Below, piece by piece: positions 27,601 through 36,377 of a stretch of DNA of 38,177 nt. The DNA is from an uncultured Nitrososphaerota archaeon (GTDB lineage Archaea > Korarchaeota > Korarchaeia > Korarchaeales > Korarchaeaceae), in NCBI GenBank assembly GCA_964618805.1, contig CAZUBM010000003.1:88749-126925 (forward strand), in the 5' to 3' direction. The notes beneath the pieces were generated by a model. That model did no database searches and was not told the origin of the DNA. It saw only the letters and a list, made by a program, of their open reading frames with translations. Position numbers and translations under genes: made by a program. Numbering within the stretch: position 1 is the stretch's first letter; each line of letters starts with the position of its first letter.

Positions 27601-27760
27601 GCTTGGGGCATTTGTTCGCAAGTTCTCTTCTCTCAACGCATTTAACAATTTTTGGACAAGTAATACATGGAAGTCTTAGGAGTTTAGTGAGAGATTCAAG
27701 ATTCGATAGAGTTTCTTGTCTCCTAACTACCTTTTTCCCCTTTGATACCTTGCTCTTCAA
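27575..27760 (-). CDS. Small Cys-rich protein resembling the Fe-S domain of TFE-beta/RPC34
   Basis: PCITCPKIVKC-x9-CPKLTSYL (C-x2-C-x5-C-x9-C). GGTGA precedes the TTG start. Located between gar1 and trm1. Confidence 0.65.
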   Translation of the reverse strand: MKSKVSKGKKVVRRQETLSNLESLTKLLRLPCITCPKIVKCVERRELANKCPKLTSYLIDD

Positions 27761-27814
27761 CTTTCTTCACCAAGATCTCTTTAGAAGTCTAACAGGACTC
27801 TGATAGGAAAGCCT

Positions 27815-28096
27815 TTAAACGTTGCTTGAGCGTCTTAGAAGCTTCTTTTCTTCCTCCTTCGTAATAAGATATGTATCCGCTCCTATATAATTTTCTGCAA
27901 GGTGAAGAGGAACTAGTATTTTTACCAAAGCATAAGGTCGCTCTACTCTTCCGATAATATCCCTGACTACACCAATTATTTCCATTTTCCTGGTTACAAC
28001 TTTCAGATCCTTAGGATCTCTTTCTATCTTTGTGTAAAGTTTGATAAGGAAATTCCTCGATCTAGTTACCTTGACAATGCGCCCAAAACGTCTCAT
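27815..28096 (-). CDS. gar1: H/ACA RNP protein Gar1
   Basis: MRRFGRI...IIGVVRDIIGRVERPYALVK matches the Gar1 IG.V.DIFG.V..PY motif. Confidence 0.88.
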   Translation of the reverse strand: MRRFGRIVKVTRSRNFLIKLYTKIERDPKDLKVVTRKMEIIGVVRDIIGRVERPYALVKILVPLHLAENYIGADTYLITKEEEKKLLRRSSNV

Positions 28097-28111
28097 TCCA
28101 CTCGCCGGCTA

Positions 28112-28513
28112 TTAATCCGCCTTGCTTTCCTCAAGGATGACGGCATTAAGAACCCCATCCTGCCCAGGTCTTGAGGTGATCCTAGCCAATCCTAATTCTG
28201 TTTTAACAATAGAACCCTTCGTTATTATGTTGTCTCTCGTTAGAAACCTGTTAGCCGGATTTTCAATAACACTCAGAAGTCGCACTCTCTTCGTTTCTTT
28301 GCCTAAATTGAGGTTAACATAAGCATCTGCAAGAAGCTTTATCTTGCGCCCACCTCCTTTCGTTCTCACTACTTTTATTTTTCTGACACCTAAACGAGTG
28401 TTAGCTGGGGGGCCTCCCATCTCATATTTCCTTTTCTTCCTAAATCTCCTTAGTTTAGCACCTGTGGGTGTCCTTCCCCTAAGCGGGATCTTTCCATGAT
28501 AATTTACTGGCAA
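28112..28513 (-). CDS. rps8e: 30S ribosomal protein S8e
   Basis: TPTGAK...RKKRKYEMG, VRTKGGGRK, ENPAN, IITKG, ARITSRPGQDGVLNAV. TTG at 28513 follows GGAGGG. Confidence 0.97.
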   Translation of the reverse strand: MPVNYHGKIPLRGRTPTGAKLRRFRKKRKYEMGGPPANTRLGVRKIKVVRTKGGGRKIKLLADAYVNLNLGKETKRVRLLSVIENPANRFLTRDNIITKGSIVKTELGLARITSRPGQDGVLNAVILEESKAD

Positions 28514-28568
28514 CTCAATGCCCTCCTTAACTAAGAGGGTCAAGAGATCTCTGCCTTTAAAAGGTTGA

Positions 28569-29948
28569 CTAACAATTACCTCTTAAGGCAGTTCCTCTTT
28601 TTGATCTAAGAGATAAGATAACAGTCATTGCGCTTAGAACAAAATAGATATACACGTTCAGGTCAAGCATCCCGGTCTCTATTCCTACTAAAGAGTAAGA
28701 TAAGAGAGTTGCATAGGGACCTAAGAGTGCCTCCTTCTTCTTAGACATGTTAAAGGCGATAGAGAGAAGAAGACCTAATGCAAGCATGGCCAAGATTACG
28801 CCTTTAAAGCCGAAATCAAGTAAGAATTGAGCGAAAATCGTAGCAGTAGTCGATATGCTCCTTCTTCCTCCAGCATAGATTCCTATTATGGTTCTGGGAC
28901 CATATCTTGGCCCTGGAATGAATCTTAATAGAGAAGAGATGCCTGAAAGATGTATTAAACCTCCAGTTACCTGTGACCACCCGTATCTCATAACGATTCC
29001 CTCCAAAAAGCCAGTAGTAATTGTAGGCCTATAAGCTGCAGCCCAGAAGGGATTGGCTGTGAGTCCAGAGAACATTAACCTGATTACACTTGTAATCATG
29101 TAAATAATCACTCCTAATGTAGTCCATAGCAGAAGAGCAAATTTAGATATGTATTTTCTGTAATAAAGCACGGTTAGGATACCTAGGAAGTATGCAAGCA
29201 TCTCAGTTCTGTAACCAAGTAAGAACGTTGGGATAAATCCTATAGCTATCATAAGGAGGAGTTTTATCGAAAGACCATTTCCTTCCCTTTTTTTGAGGGT
29301 AGAAAGCAAATAAAACATTCCAGGAACGCTTGTCCATGCCATATAGTTATATTTAGGCGATAACCTTCGTCTAACGGCCTCATTAAGGATAGGTATGGCC
29401 ATTACCCTTCGAATTTGTAAGAAAAAGCCCAAAAAGCCTATTGCAATCATGATTAATCCTAAAGAAAATATTGTAAGATTGCTTACCTTCGGGGTTAACC
29501 TTTTAGACTCCAGAGAACCCCAAAGAACTCCTGCAAGAAAACATGCAACACCAGAAAAAATAAGGATCAGCGTCTTTAGTCCATAAAGAACGTCTGCTAC
29601 AGCAAAAAATGTTAGAGTCATTAGAGGGAAGGCTATCGGCGATAGTAGATAGTCGATGAGGTATGAGTTATCCAAAAAAGAGATTATCTTAACCATCATT
29701 GAGAATTCAAGAAGCTTTTTCCACGTTTTAATCACGGGATTCAGGAAAAGAGAAAGTGAAGTTATAGCTCTTGAGAAAAACGATCTTCTTGATGCTCTAA
29801 TAAGGAAAATAAACACGTTCTTAATTAGAAGAACGGTTTTGCTCTCACTTACAAGCCCACTTGCTCCCTTAAAAAGCCTTGAGAAAATCTTAACTAAAGT
29901 GCTTTTCTCAGCAGAAGCCACTAGAAATGAAAGCAACAATTCTATCAC
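28569..29948 (-). CDS. Polytopic membrane protein, oligosaccharide repeat unit polymerase (Wzy-like) family
   Basis: About 10 hydrophobic segments with LLGYRT, PGPRYGPR, ISTTATIFAQFLLDFG and GIETGMLD motifs typical of archaeal O-antigen-polymerase-like proteins. Confidence 0.7.
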   Translation of the reverse strand: MIELLLSFLVASAEKSTLVKIFSRLFKGASGLVSESKTVLLIKNVFIFLIRASRRSFFSRAITSLSLFLNPVIKTWKKLLEFSMMVKIISFLDNSYLIDYLLSPIAFPLMTLTFFAVADVLYGLKTLILIFSGVACFLAGVLWGSLESKRLTPKVSNLTIFSLGLIMIAIGFLGFFLQIRRVMAIPILNEAVRRRLSPKYNYMAWTSVPGMFYLLSTLKKREGNGLSIKLLLMIAIGFIPTFLLGYRTEMLAYFLGILTVLYYRKYISKFALLLWTTLGVIIYMITSVIRLMFSGLTANPFWAAAYRPTITTGFLEGIVMRYGWSQVTGGLIHLSGISSLLRFIPGPRYGPRTIIGIYAGGRRSISTTATIFAQFLLDFGFKGVILAMLALGLLLSIAFNMSKKKEALLGPYATLLSYSLVGIETGMLDLNVYIYFVLSAMTVILSLRSKRGTALRGNC

Positions 29949-30836
29949 TTAAGGTTTTGGAATGAATGTAAGTCTTGTCGTGTCAATTATATCACTTAGA
30001 GGCCTAGCATTAGCTAGAATTTCGCCGTAAACTCCAACTCCAACAAGGCTTTCCTTAGTCCCTATGTATATTTCTATCTGATCTGCCATTACTCTCGTGT
30101 AATTTAGGCCAAGTTCTTCAAATATCTGGTTTAGTTTTAGGAGATCTGTGTCTCTGATAGATAGACTTGTTGGATACAATGAAATACTAATGAAATCATC
30201 ATAAACATAGATCTTTTGCACCGGATATGGGACGTATTCGGCAAGCTTCCTCTTAATCTCTATGTATCGTACGGCCGTCGCCTCAAAGCCTGGCATCTCA
30301 AATACGAGAGAATATGTTTGAACCCTTAATGTCTTCACTCCGTACTTTCCAGCTACTTTTGCAGAAATATTTCTCAGACTCTCAACAAATTCTCGTAAGT
30401 CCTTAGCTATGATAGGCTCTTTAACCCTTATACGTATCAGTGAAGGAGAATCTGTCCTAAATATTATCTTTTTTGCGGCTAAATCCTCAAGATAAGCATT
30501 TGGCCCTCCGATAGTCACCGTTCTTCCGTCCATCTTCCCTATAAGCCTAGTTTCCAGGGCCTCAACAAGCAATACTGTCCCCTCAAACTTAGATCCATTT
30601 ACTGTCCACTTCCCATCTATTTCACTATAGACTACAAAACCGTAGTTACTTAGCCTTGTGAATTCCAAGGCCGCATTTTGGATATTAAGCCCCGAGTACT
30701 CTTTAACTTGTTCGCCCGGCCGAATAACTCTAGAAATTAAAGAAAAAAAGAGAAAAAAGATTATTAAGATTACAAATAGGTCAAAGGCGTTAATACCAAG
30801 TATCTTTCCATTTTCCCTATCTAATAGTTTTGGCAA
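29949..30836 (-). CDS. Hypothetical N-terminally anchored membrane protein
   Basis: LLDRENGKILGINAFDLFVILII followed by one transmembrane helix and a soluble domain. Its stop abuts the next start codon. Confidence 0.75.
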   Translation of the reverse strand: MPKLLDRENGKILGINAFDLFVILIIFFLFFSLISRVIRPGEQVKEYSGLNIQNAALEFTRLSNYGFVVYSEIDGKWTVNGSKFEGTVLLVEALETRLIGKMDGRTVTIGGPNAYLEDLAAKKIIFRTDSPSLIRIRVKEPIIAKDLREFVESLRNISAKVAGKYGVKTLRVQTYSLVFEMPGFEATAVRYIEIKRKLAEYVPYPVQKIYVYDDFISISLYPTSLSIRDTDLLKLNQIFEELGLNYTRVMADQIEIYIGTKESLVGVGVYGEILANARPLSDIIDTTRLTFIPKP

Positions 30837-30863
30837 TAAGAGTTCATCTCCGTACCTTAGACT

Positions 30864-32516
30864 TTAGAATTCCTCTCCAAAGGACGGCTTTTCCTCCTCC
30901 TCTTCTTTCTTCTCTTTCTCTTTAGCTTCATATGGTTTTGCTGCAATTATGTCATCAGTTCTAAGTATCAGGATTGCGGTCTCCGTGGCACCCGTCATGG
31001 CATTCTTGACACCTCTGTAAGTGTCGAATATGCCTAGTTTTTCCATGTCTCCTATGTCTCCAGCAAGAACATCAACTCCATAGGAGAGCTTTCCTTCTTC
31101 ATGTTCCTTTCTAAGTTTCATTAGAGTATCAACAGAGTCCATTCCTGCGTTGTCCGCAAGAATTCTGGTTATGCTTTCAAGAGCTGACGCAAACGCTTCT
31201 ATAGCAAGCTGCTCCTTCCCTCCCATTTGAACGGCGTAATCCCTTATTTTCCTAGCTAGCTCTAGTTGCACACAGCCGCCGCCATAGACTAGTTTTTTAT
31301 CCTCTACAGCATTCCTAACAACATATAATGCATCTTTTATCCCTCTCTCTGCTTCATCAAGAATTGTGTCCCCGCCTGCCCTTAGAAGAATGGTTACTGC
31401 TTTTGGATTCACACAGTCCTCTATGAACACTAGTTTGTCTTCTCCTATTTTCCTTTCTTCGACCAACCCAGCTTTTCCTAATACCTCTTCTGTTAGGTCA
31501 TCCAAGTGATTTACGATTCTTCCTCCAGTAGCCTTTTCTAGTCTTTCCATGTCTTTTTGGCTCACTCTCCTAACAGCCAGAATTCCTCTTTGGGCCAATA
31601 CGTGTTGTGCGATCTCGTCTATTCCCTTCTGGCAGAAGACTACATTAGCCCCTGTTGAGGCTATTTTCTCAACTTTTTCTCTAAGCATCGTTGTTTCTTG
31701 ATCGAGAAAGCCCCTCAGTTCCTCAGGAGAAGATATCTGAACCTCTACATCTATCTCAGGCTTCTTAACCTCTAAGGAGAGGTTAATCAATGCTATTTTG
31801 GCATTTCTAATGCGCTTTGGCATGTCAGGGTGTACTACCTCTTTATCTAAGATTATCCCTTTCACAAACTCGCTTTCAGCAAGACTTTTGCCTTTCTTCT
31901 TCATTATCTTTATATCATCAATGTCAGCAATGATCTTTCCATCTCTTTCTTCGGAGACTGCTTTTACAGCCCTCACAGCTACTTCAGCAAGACGTTCTCC
32001 TCCCCCTTTAATGAGTTTGCTGCCCATAGCTGTCATGGCAACTTTTTTCAATAGTTCCTCATTATTGGGGTCTATTTCTATCGCTATTTTATCTAGCTCC
32101 TCTTGTGCCTTCTTTAGAGCCTTTTGAAAGCCTTCTATCACGATAGTTGGGTGTATGTCCTTGTCAAGAAGATTTTCTGCCTCGGAAAGAAGTTCTCCGG
32201 CAAGTACAACACTTGTTGTTGTCCCGTCTCCAACTTCTTTGTCCTGACCCTTTGCAAGATTCACCATCAGCTTTGCTGCTGGGTGTACAACTTCAAGCTC
32301 CTCCAAAATCGCTGCGCCATCATTACTTACGGTAACGTCTCCAAGCGAATCCACTATTATCTTGTCCATCCCTCTCGGTCCCAAGGTAGTCTTCACGGTG
32401 TCTGCAACCGCTTTAGCTGCCATTATGTTGATCCTTCTAGCCTCATCTCCTCTAGTCCTAGAGGTTCCTTCCTTGAGAATAAGGACTGGTTTTCCTCCAA
32501 TAGTAGCTAGGCTCAT
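30864..32516 (-). CDS. ths: Thermosome (group II chaperonin) subunit
   Basis: TTLGPRGMDK, VSNDGA, EVGDGTTT, DKEVVHPDMPK. GGAGGTGA ribosome-binding site. Confidence 0.98.
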   Translation of the reverse strand: MSLATIGGKPVLILKEGTSRTRGDEARRINIMAAKAVADTVKTTLGPRGMDKIIVDSLGDVTVSNDGAAILEELEVVHPAAKLMVNLAKGQDKEVGDGTTTSVVLAGELLSEAENLLDKDIHPTIVIEGFQKALKKAQEELDKIAIEIDPNNEELLKKVAMTAMGSKLIKGGGERLAEVAVRAVKAVSEERDGKIIADIDDIKIMKKKGKSLAESEFVKGIILDKEVVHPDMPKRIRNAKIALINLSLEVKKPEIDVEVQISSPEELRGFLDQETTMLREKVEKIASTGANVVFCQKGIDEIAQHVLAQRGILAVRRVSQKDMERLEKATGGRIVNHLDDLTEEVLGKAGLVEERKIGEDKLVFIEDCVNPKAVTILLRAGGDTILDEAERGIKDALYVVRNAVEDKKLVYGGGCVQLELARKIRDYAVQMGGKEQLAIEAFASALESITRILADNAGMDSVDTLMKLRKEHEEGKLSYGVDVLAGDIGDMEKLGIFDTYRGVKNAMTGATETAILILRTDDIIAAKPYEAKEKEKKEEEEEKPSFGEEF

Positions 32517-32625
32517 TATATCACCTCCTTCATATCTAAGCTCTCATCTTAACTAGCCAGAATACGATTCCTTGAGCATGATATATAAAGGTAATCCCCT
32601 GACTTTAAGCCAAGGGGAGAAGAGA

Positions 32626-33444
32626 ATGCCTAGAATAGGGATAATAGGAGGAAGCGGAGTTTATGAACTTCTCAAAGAGAGCACCGCTAAGGTCATTACA
32701 ACACCTTTTGGGGACATTAAAGTGTTCATTGGACGGGTTGCTGACGAGGAAGTTGCGTTCATACCTAGGCATGGGAAAAAACATTCCATACCCCCATTTG
32801 CGGTCAATTACAAGGGAAACTTGTATGCACTCAATCTTCTGGGGGTAGAAAGGATCATTGCTACGAATGCCGTCGGCTCCCTTAGAGAGGACCTTGAACC
32901 TGGAACCATCATAGTCCCAGACGATTTTATAGATATGACTAAGGGAAGGACCTACACGTTTTATGATGGAAAGACCTCTCTGTATGTCCAAGGGAGGGAG
33001 ATAAAAGGAGTTGTTCACGTTTCTATGACCCCAAGCACCTATTGTCCAGAAATAAGAACCGCCCTGCTAAAGGCGGGAGAGAAGAAGGACTTGCACATTA
33101 GAGACGGAGGAGTCTACGTTTGCGCAGAAGGAAATAGGTTTGAAACTCCTGCAGAAATTAGAGCTTTTAGGATAATGGGCGGAGATGTGGTTGGCATGAC
33201 TGGATGTCCGGAAGCAGCATTAGCAAGAGAACTAACAATTTGCTATGCTACCTTAGCAGTCGTCACAAATTATGCTGCAGGCATTGGAGGTGACAAGAAA
33301 TTGACCCATGAAGAGGTTAAGGAAATATTTTCTGCTAAAATAGAACAAGTGAAGGATGTTATCTTAGAAAGCATCTCTTTTCTGCCGAAAAAGAGAGAGT
33401 GTCCATGTAAGGACGCTTTATATGGAGCGATTGCCGCAACATAA
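32626..33444 (+). CDS. mtnP: MTAP/PNP-family purine nucleoside phosphorylase (likely 6-oxopurine or methylthioinosine type)
   Basis: IGIIGGSG, FIPRHG, AVGSL, EGNRFETPAE, DVVGMT and VVTNYAAG. ATG at 32626 follows GGGGAG. Confidence 0.9.
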   Translation: MPRIGIIGGSGVYELLKESTAKVITTPFGDIKVFIGRVADEEVAFIPRHGKKHSIPPFAVNYKGNLYALNLLGVERIIATNAVGSLREDLEPGTIIVPDDFIDMTKGRTYTFYDGKTSLYVQGREIKGVVHVSMTPSTYCPEIRTALLKAGEKKDLHIRDGGVYVCAEGNRFETPAEIRAFRIMGGDVVGMTGCPEAALARELTICYATLAVVTNYAAGIGGDKKLTHEEVKEIFSAKIEQVKDVILESISFLPKKRECPCKDALYGAIAAT

Positions 33445-33451
33445 TTCTTGG

Positions 33452-33554
33452 TATCAATTACAAGAGTAAGTTGATATAGGAGACGCAAGAAAATATATCA
33501 AGGATTGATATTTAAATATTATAATAATAAAGAAATAAATTATATTATAATAAT
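33452..33554. promoter_or_regulatory. AT-rich pgk-gap promoter region with inverted and direct repeats
   Basis: Four TATCAA/TTGATA half-sites, TTTAAATA at 33511 and a 13-bp direct repeat ATATTATAATAAT at 33516 and 33542. Confidence 0.6.
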
Positions 33555-33562
33555 GATGTAAC

Positions 33563-34768
33563 ATGGATGCAGCCATACCAACCCTCGACAATCTAGAGTT
33601 GCATAGAAAGAGAGTTTTTCTCCGTGCAGATATGAATGTTCCTTTAGACCAAGATGGAAGGGTCATGGATGCAGCTAAGATCAAAGAAGCAGTGATTACA
33701 ATTAAGGAACTTCTAGAGAACGATGTCAGGTTAATAGTTGGAACCCATCAAGGTAAGCCCGGATCTAAGGACTTCTTACCTACCGACTTTCATGCAGAAC
33801 TGCTTGGCAAAGAGCTTGGAATGCATGTAGAGAAGGTAGATGGGATAGCTTGTAAATGTGCCAGAGATGCGATAAGAGGGGTTGAGCCAGGGGAATTGAT
33901 ACTCTTAGAGAATCTCAGATTTAATGCCGAGGAGAACTTGGAACTCCCGCCAAGTAAAGCAATAAATACAAGTCTAGTGAGAAGACTTGCACCTTTGTTT
34001 GACGTTTACATCAATGATGCATTTCACGCCTCCCATAGAAGTCAACCCAGCTTAATTGGTTTCCCATATCTGATGCCCTCTGCAGCTGGAAGAGTGATGG
34101 AAAGAATGTTAATAGAGACAGAGGGTCTAGAGGATGTTGGAGGAAAGAGAATTTATGTTCTAGGAGGCGGAAAAATAGCTGACAAGTTTAGGGTGATGAT
34201 TCACGCTCTAGCTACAAATAGAGCCCAAGAGGTATTAGTTGGTGGCCTAGTAGGAGTTCTAATGTGTATGGCTGCTGGTTATTCTGTGGGAAAAAGCCGA
34301 GATATCTTTAAGGATCTTGCTCTCATCCTACCAGTTGCAAGCGATTCTCTAAGAAGATTTAGAGGAAGGATTTTCTACCCGGTTGACTTTGTCGTACTAA
34401 GGAAAGACAAAACCGAGATAGTTCCAGTGTACTCTATTCCTGATGATGCTAGCATCGTAGATGTTGGACCTGGAACGGTAGAACTCTTCAGAGAGAGGAT
34501 GAAAGAGGCAGATTTAGTCATTGCCAACGGTCCTATGGGGATATTTGAGAACCCTAGATTTAGAAAAGGGACATTAGATTTTGTAAGAGCAGCCATTGAG
34601 GTCTCAAAGGAATTAGTGCTGTGTGGAGGGCATTTAAGCGCAGCTGCAAGAATGGTTGGAAATCTTTCTGGAGGAAAAAGGATTTTTACTGCTGGAGGGG
34701 CTTTGATGTTCAAGATAGCTGGTCTCCCGATGCCAGCCCTTAACGCTTTAAGGGAGGGTAGGTCTTGA
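33563..34768 (+). CDS. pgk: Phosphoglycerate kinase
   Basis: RADMNVP, HQGKPG, LLENLRF, INDAF..SHRSQPS, LGGGK, NGPMGIFE, GGH, TAGGA. Confidence 0.95.
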   Translation: MDAAIPTLDNLELHRKRVFLRADMNVPLDQDGRVMDAAKIKEAVITIKELLENDVRLIVGTHQGKPGSKDFLPTDFHAELLGKELGMHVEKVDGIACKCARDAIRGVEPGELILLENLRFNAEENLELPPSKAINTSLVRRLAPLFDVYINDAFHASHRSQPSLIGFPYLMPSAAGRVMERMLIETEGLEDVGGKRIYVLGGGKIADKFRVMIHALATNRAQEVLVGGLVGVLMCMAAGYSVGKSRDIFKDLALILPVASDSLRRFRGRIFYPVDFVVLRKDKTEIVPVYSIPDDASIVDVGPGTVELFRERMKEADLVIANGPMGIFENPRFRKGTLDFVRAAIEVSKELVLCGGHLSAAARMVGNLSGGKRIFTAGGALMFKIAGLPMPALNALREGRS

Positions 34769-35784
34769 TTCGTGTAGGAGTAGTCGGTTATGGTACAATA
34801 GGCAAGAGGGTAGCTAGTGCGATTCTTAAACAGCCAGACATGGTGCTAGTAGGTGTTGTTAAGAGAACTCCTGATTACTCAGTAAGAATTGGCCTTTCAA
34901 GGGGTATACGCTTCTTCATACCGGATGAAGAGAAAGCCGATCTATGGAATGAAGCCGGGGTTAAATTTTCTGGAGACATAGCTCAATTGTTAGAGAAATG
35001 CGATGTAGTGGTAGACGCAACACCCAAGGGCACAGGAATGCACAACAGAAAGATTTACGAGAGAAAAGGTCTGAAAGCAATCTTTCAGGGTGGAGAACCT
35101 CCAGAAGTTGGTGATCTAAGCTTTGTAGCCCAAGTGAACTACAAAAGTTCTGTAGGAAAGCAGTTTCTCAGAGTCGTCTCTTGCAACACTACAGGACTTG
35201 CCAGGCTTTTACACGCAATAAATCGAGAATATCCGATAGATAAGGCAATTGCACTTCTTGTAAGGAGATCTGTTGATCCAAACCAAGATATAGAGGGGCA
35301 AGTTGATTGTGTTATTCCCTCCTTCGGAATCTCTCATCATGCAAAGGATCTTAAAACGGTTATTGGAGACATAGATGTGGTTACATTTGCTGTCAAAGTC
35401 CCTGTTACCCACTTTCACATTCATATGATCTCTATTAAGCTCAAAGATAGTGTAAGTCCTAACAATATCATAGATCTCTTAGAGGAGACAAGAAGAATTG
35501 CTGTAATCTCATCAAAAGACAAGTTAGGTAGCACTGCTAAACTTCTAGACTTAAGTAGAGAACTTGGACGTTCAAGATCCGATATTTACGAGAACTTAAT
35601 CTGGTTAGATTCTATCTGCACAGAAGGAAAGTGGCTTCATCTAATGCAAGCAATACATCAAGAAGCCATAGTTATCCCTGAGAATATTGATGCTATAAGG
35701 GCAGTCTCAGGTTCAACCGACGCATCCACATCAATGAGCTTAACTGATTCCTCCCTATCAATAGCCAGTTCTAGATTTTTCTGA
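34765..35784 (+). CDS. gap: Archaeal (type II) phosphorylating glyceraldehyde-3-phosphate dehydrogenase
   Basis: GYGTIGKRVA, IFQGGE, catalytic VVSCNTTGL and IHQEAIVIPENIDAIRA. Confidence 0.96.
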   Translation: MIRVGVVGYGTIGKRVASAILKQPDMVLVGVVKRTPDYSVRIGLSRGIRFFIPDEEKADLWNEAGVKFSGDIAQLLEKCDVVVDATPKGTGMHNRKIYERKGLKAIFQGGEPPEVGDLSFVAQVNYKSSVGKQFLRVVSCNTTGLARLLHAINREYPIDKAIALLVRRSVDPNQDIEGQVDCVIPSFGISHHAKDLKTVIGDIDVVTFAVKVPVTHFHIHMISIKLKDSVSPNNIIDLLEETRRIAVISSKDKLGSTAKLLDLSRELGRSRSDIYENLIWLDSICTEGKWLHLMQAIHQEAIVIPENIDAIRAVSGSTDASTSMSLTDSSLSIASSRFF

Positions 35785-35791
35785 TCCTCTT

Positions 35792-36223
35792 TTACAGCAT
35801 TTTTGTACGTAATTTTTCGGCTGCTTCGTTAAACCTCCTCCAGAGGACTGAAAGAGCACTATAAGCCATTACCATAAATGAAAATGCCATGAGAAAAGAG
35901 TCACTTTGCTGAGCATAAGTAGAAGTCGTGCTTGGTAGGGAAATTCCTGTCAATGTCAAGGTTATGGCCATAAGAAATGCCTTTTTTAGGTTATTTGGAT
36001 CTGGAATGTTGTAAAAGAGTTTGGAAATCCTATTTACCATCAAGAATACCATCATTGCCAAAAACATCGCCATTAAATTAGTTAGTGGACCAAAAAGGCC
36101 TTTAGTCCGGGTTCTTCCAGCAAACCATACGTTTAAGAACAGAATGAGGGCTGGAAAGACTGCAGTCCAAGCTAGTATGAGTGCAGCCCAATTTTTCAAA
36201 TCATTCAGTTTTTCAGAGTTCAT
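35792..36223 (-). CDS. Hypothetical membrane protein with about 4 transmembrane helices
   Basis: Four hydrophobic segments. GGTGA precedes the ATG. The ORF fills the gap between gap and tuf. Confidence 0.7.
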   Translation of the reverse strand: MNSEKLNDLKNWAALILAWTAVFPALILFLNVWFAGRTRTKGLFGPLTNLMAMFLAMMVFLMVNRISKLFYNIPDPNNLKKAFLMAITLTLTGISLPSTTSTYAQQSDSFLMAFSFMVMAYSALSVLWRRFNEAAEKLRTKML

Positions 36224-36377
36224 CTCGAAATCACCATGCTTCTCCGATTTCCTACAGGTAATAAAACTCTGAGGATCGATCCTTTATAATATGGGTATGT
36301 TATGAGAGGTGAATTTTTTAAATGGAAAGCATAAGAATTACGCCTGCAGCTATTAAAAAGTGGAGAAAGGTGTTGAT

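Noticed and set aside
33445-33562. Replication origin (DNA unwinding element)
   Set aside because: AT-rich but only about 120 bp, with no ORB-like sequence or G-string seen and no cdc6/orc1 nearby. A promoter/operator explains it better.
33454-33684. 76-aa minus-strand ORF across the AT-rich gap
   Set aside because: Low-complexity Ile/Tyr/Phe translation that overlaps the pgk start antisense.
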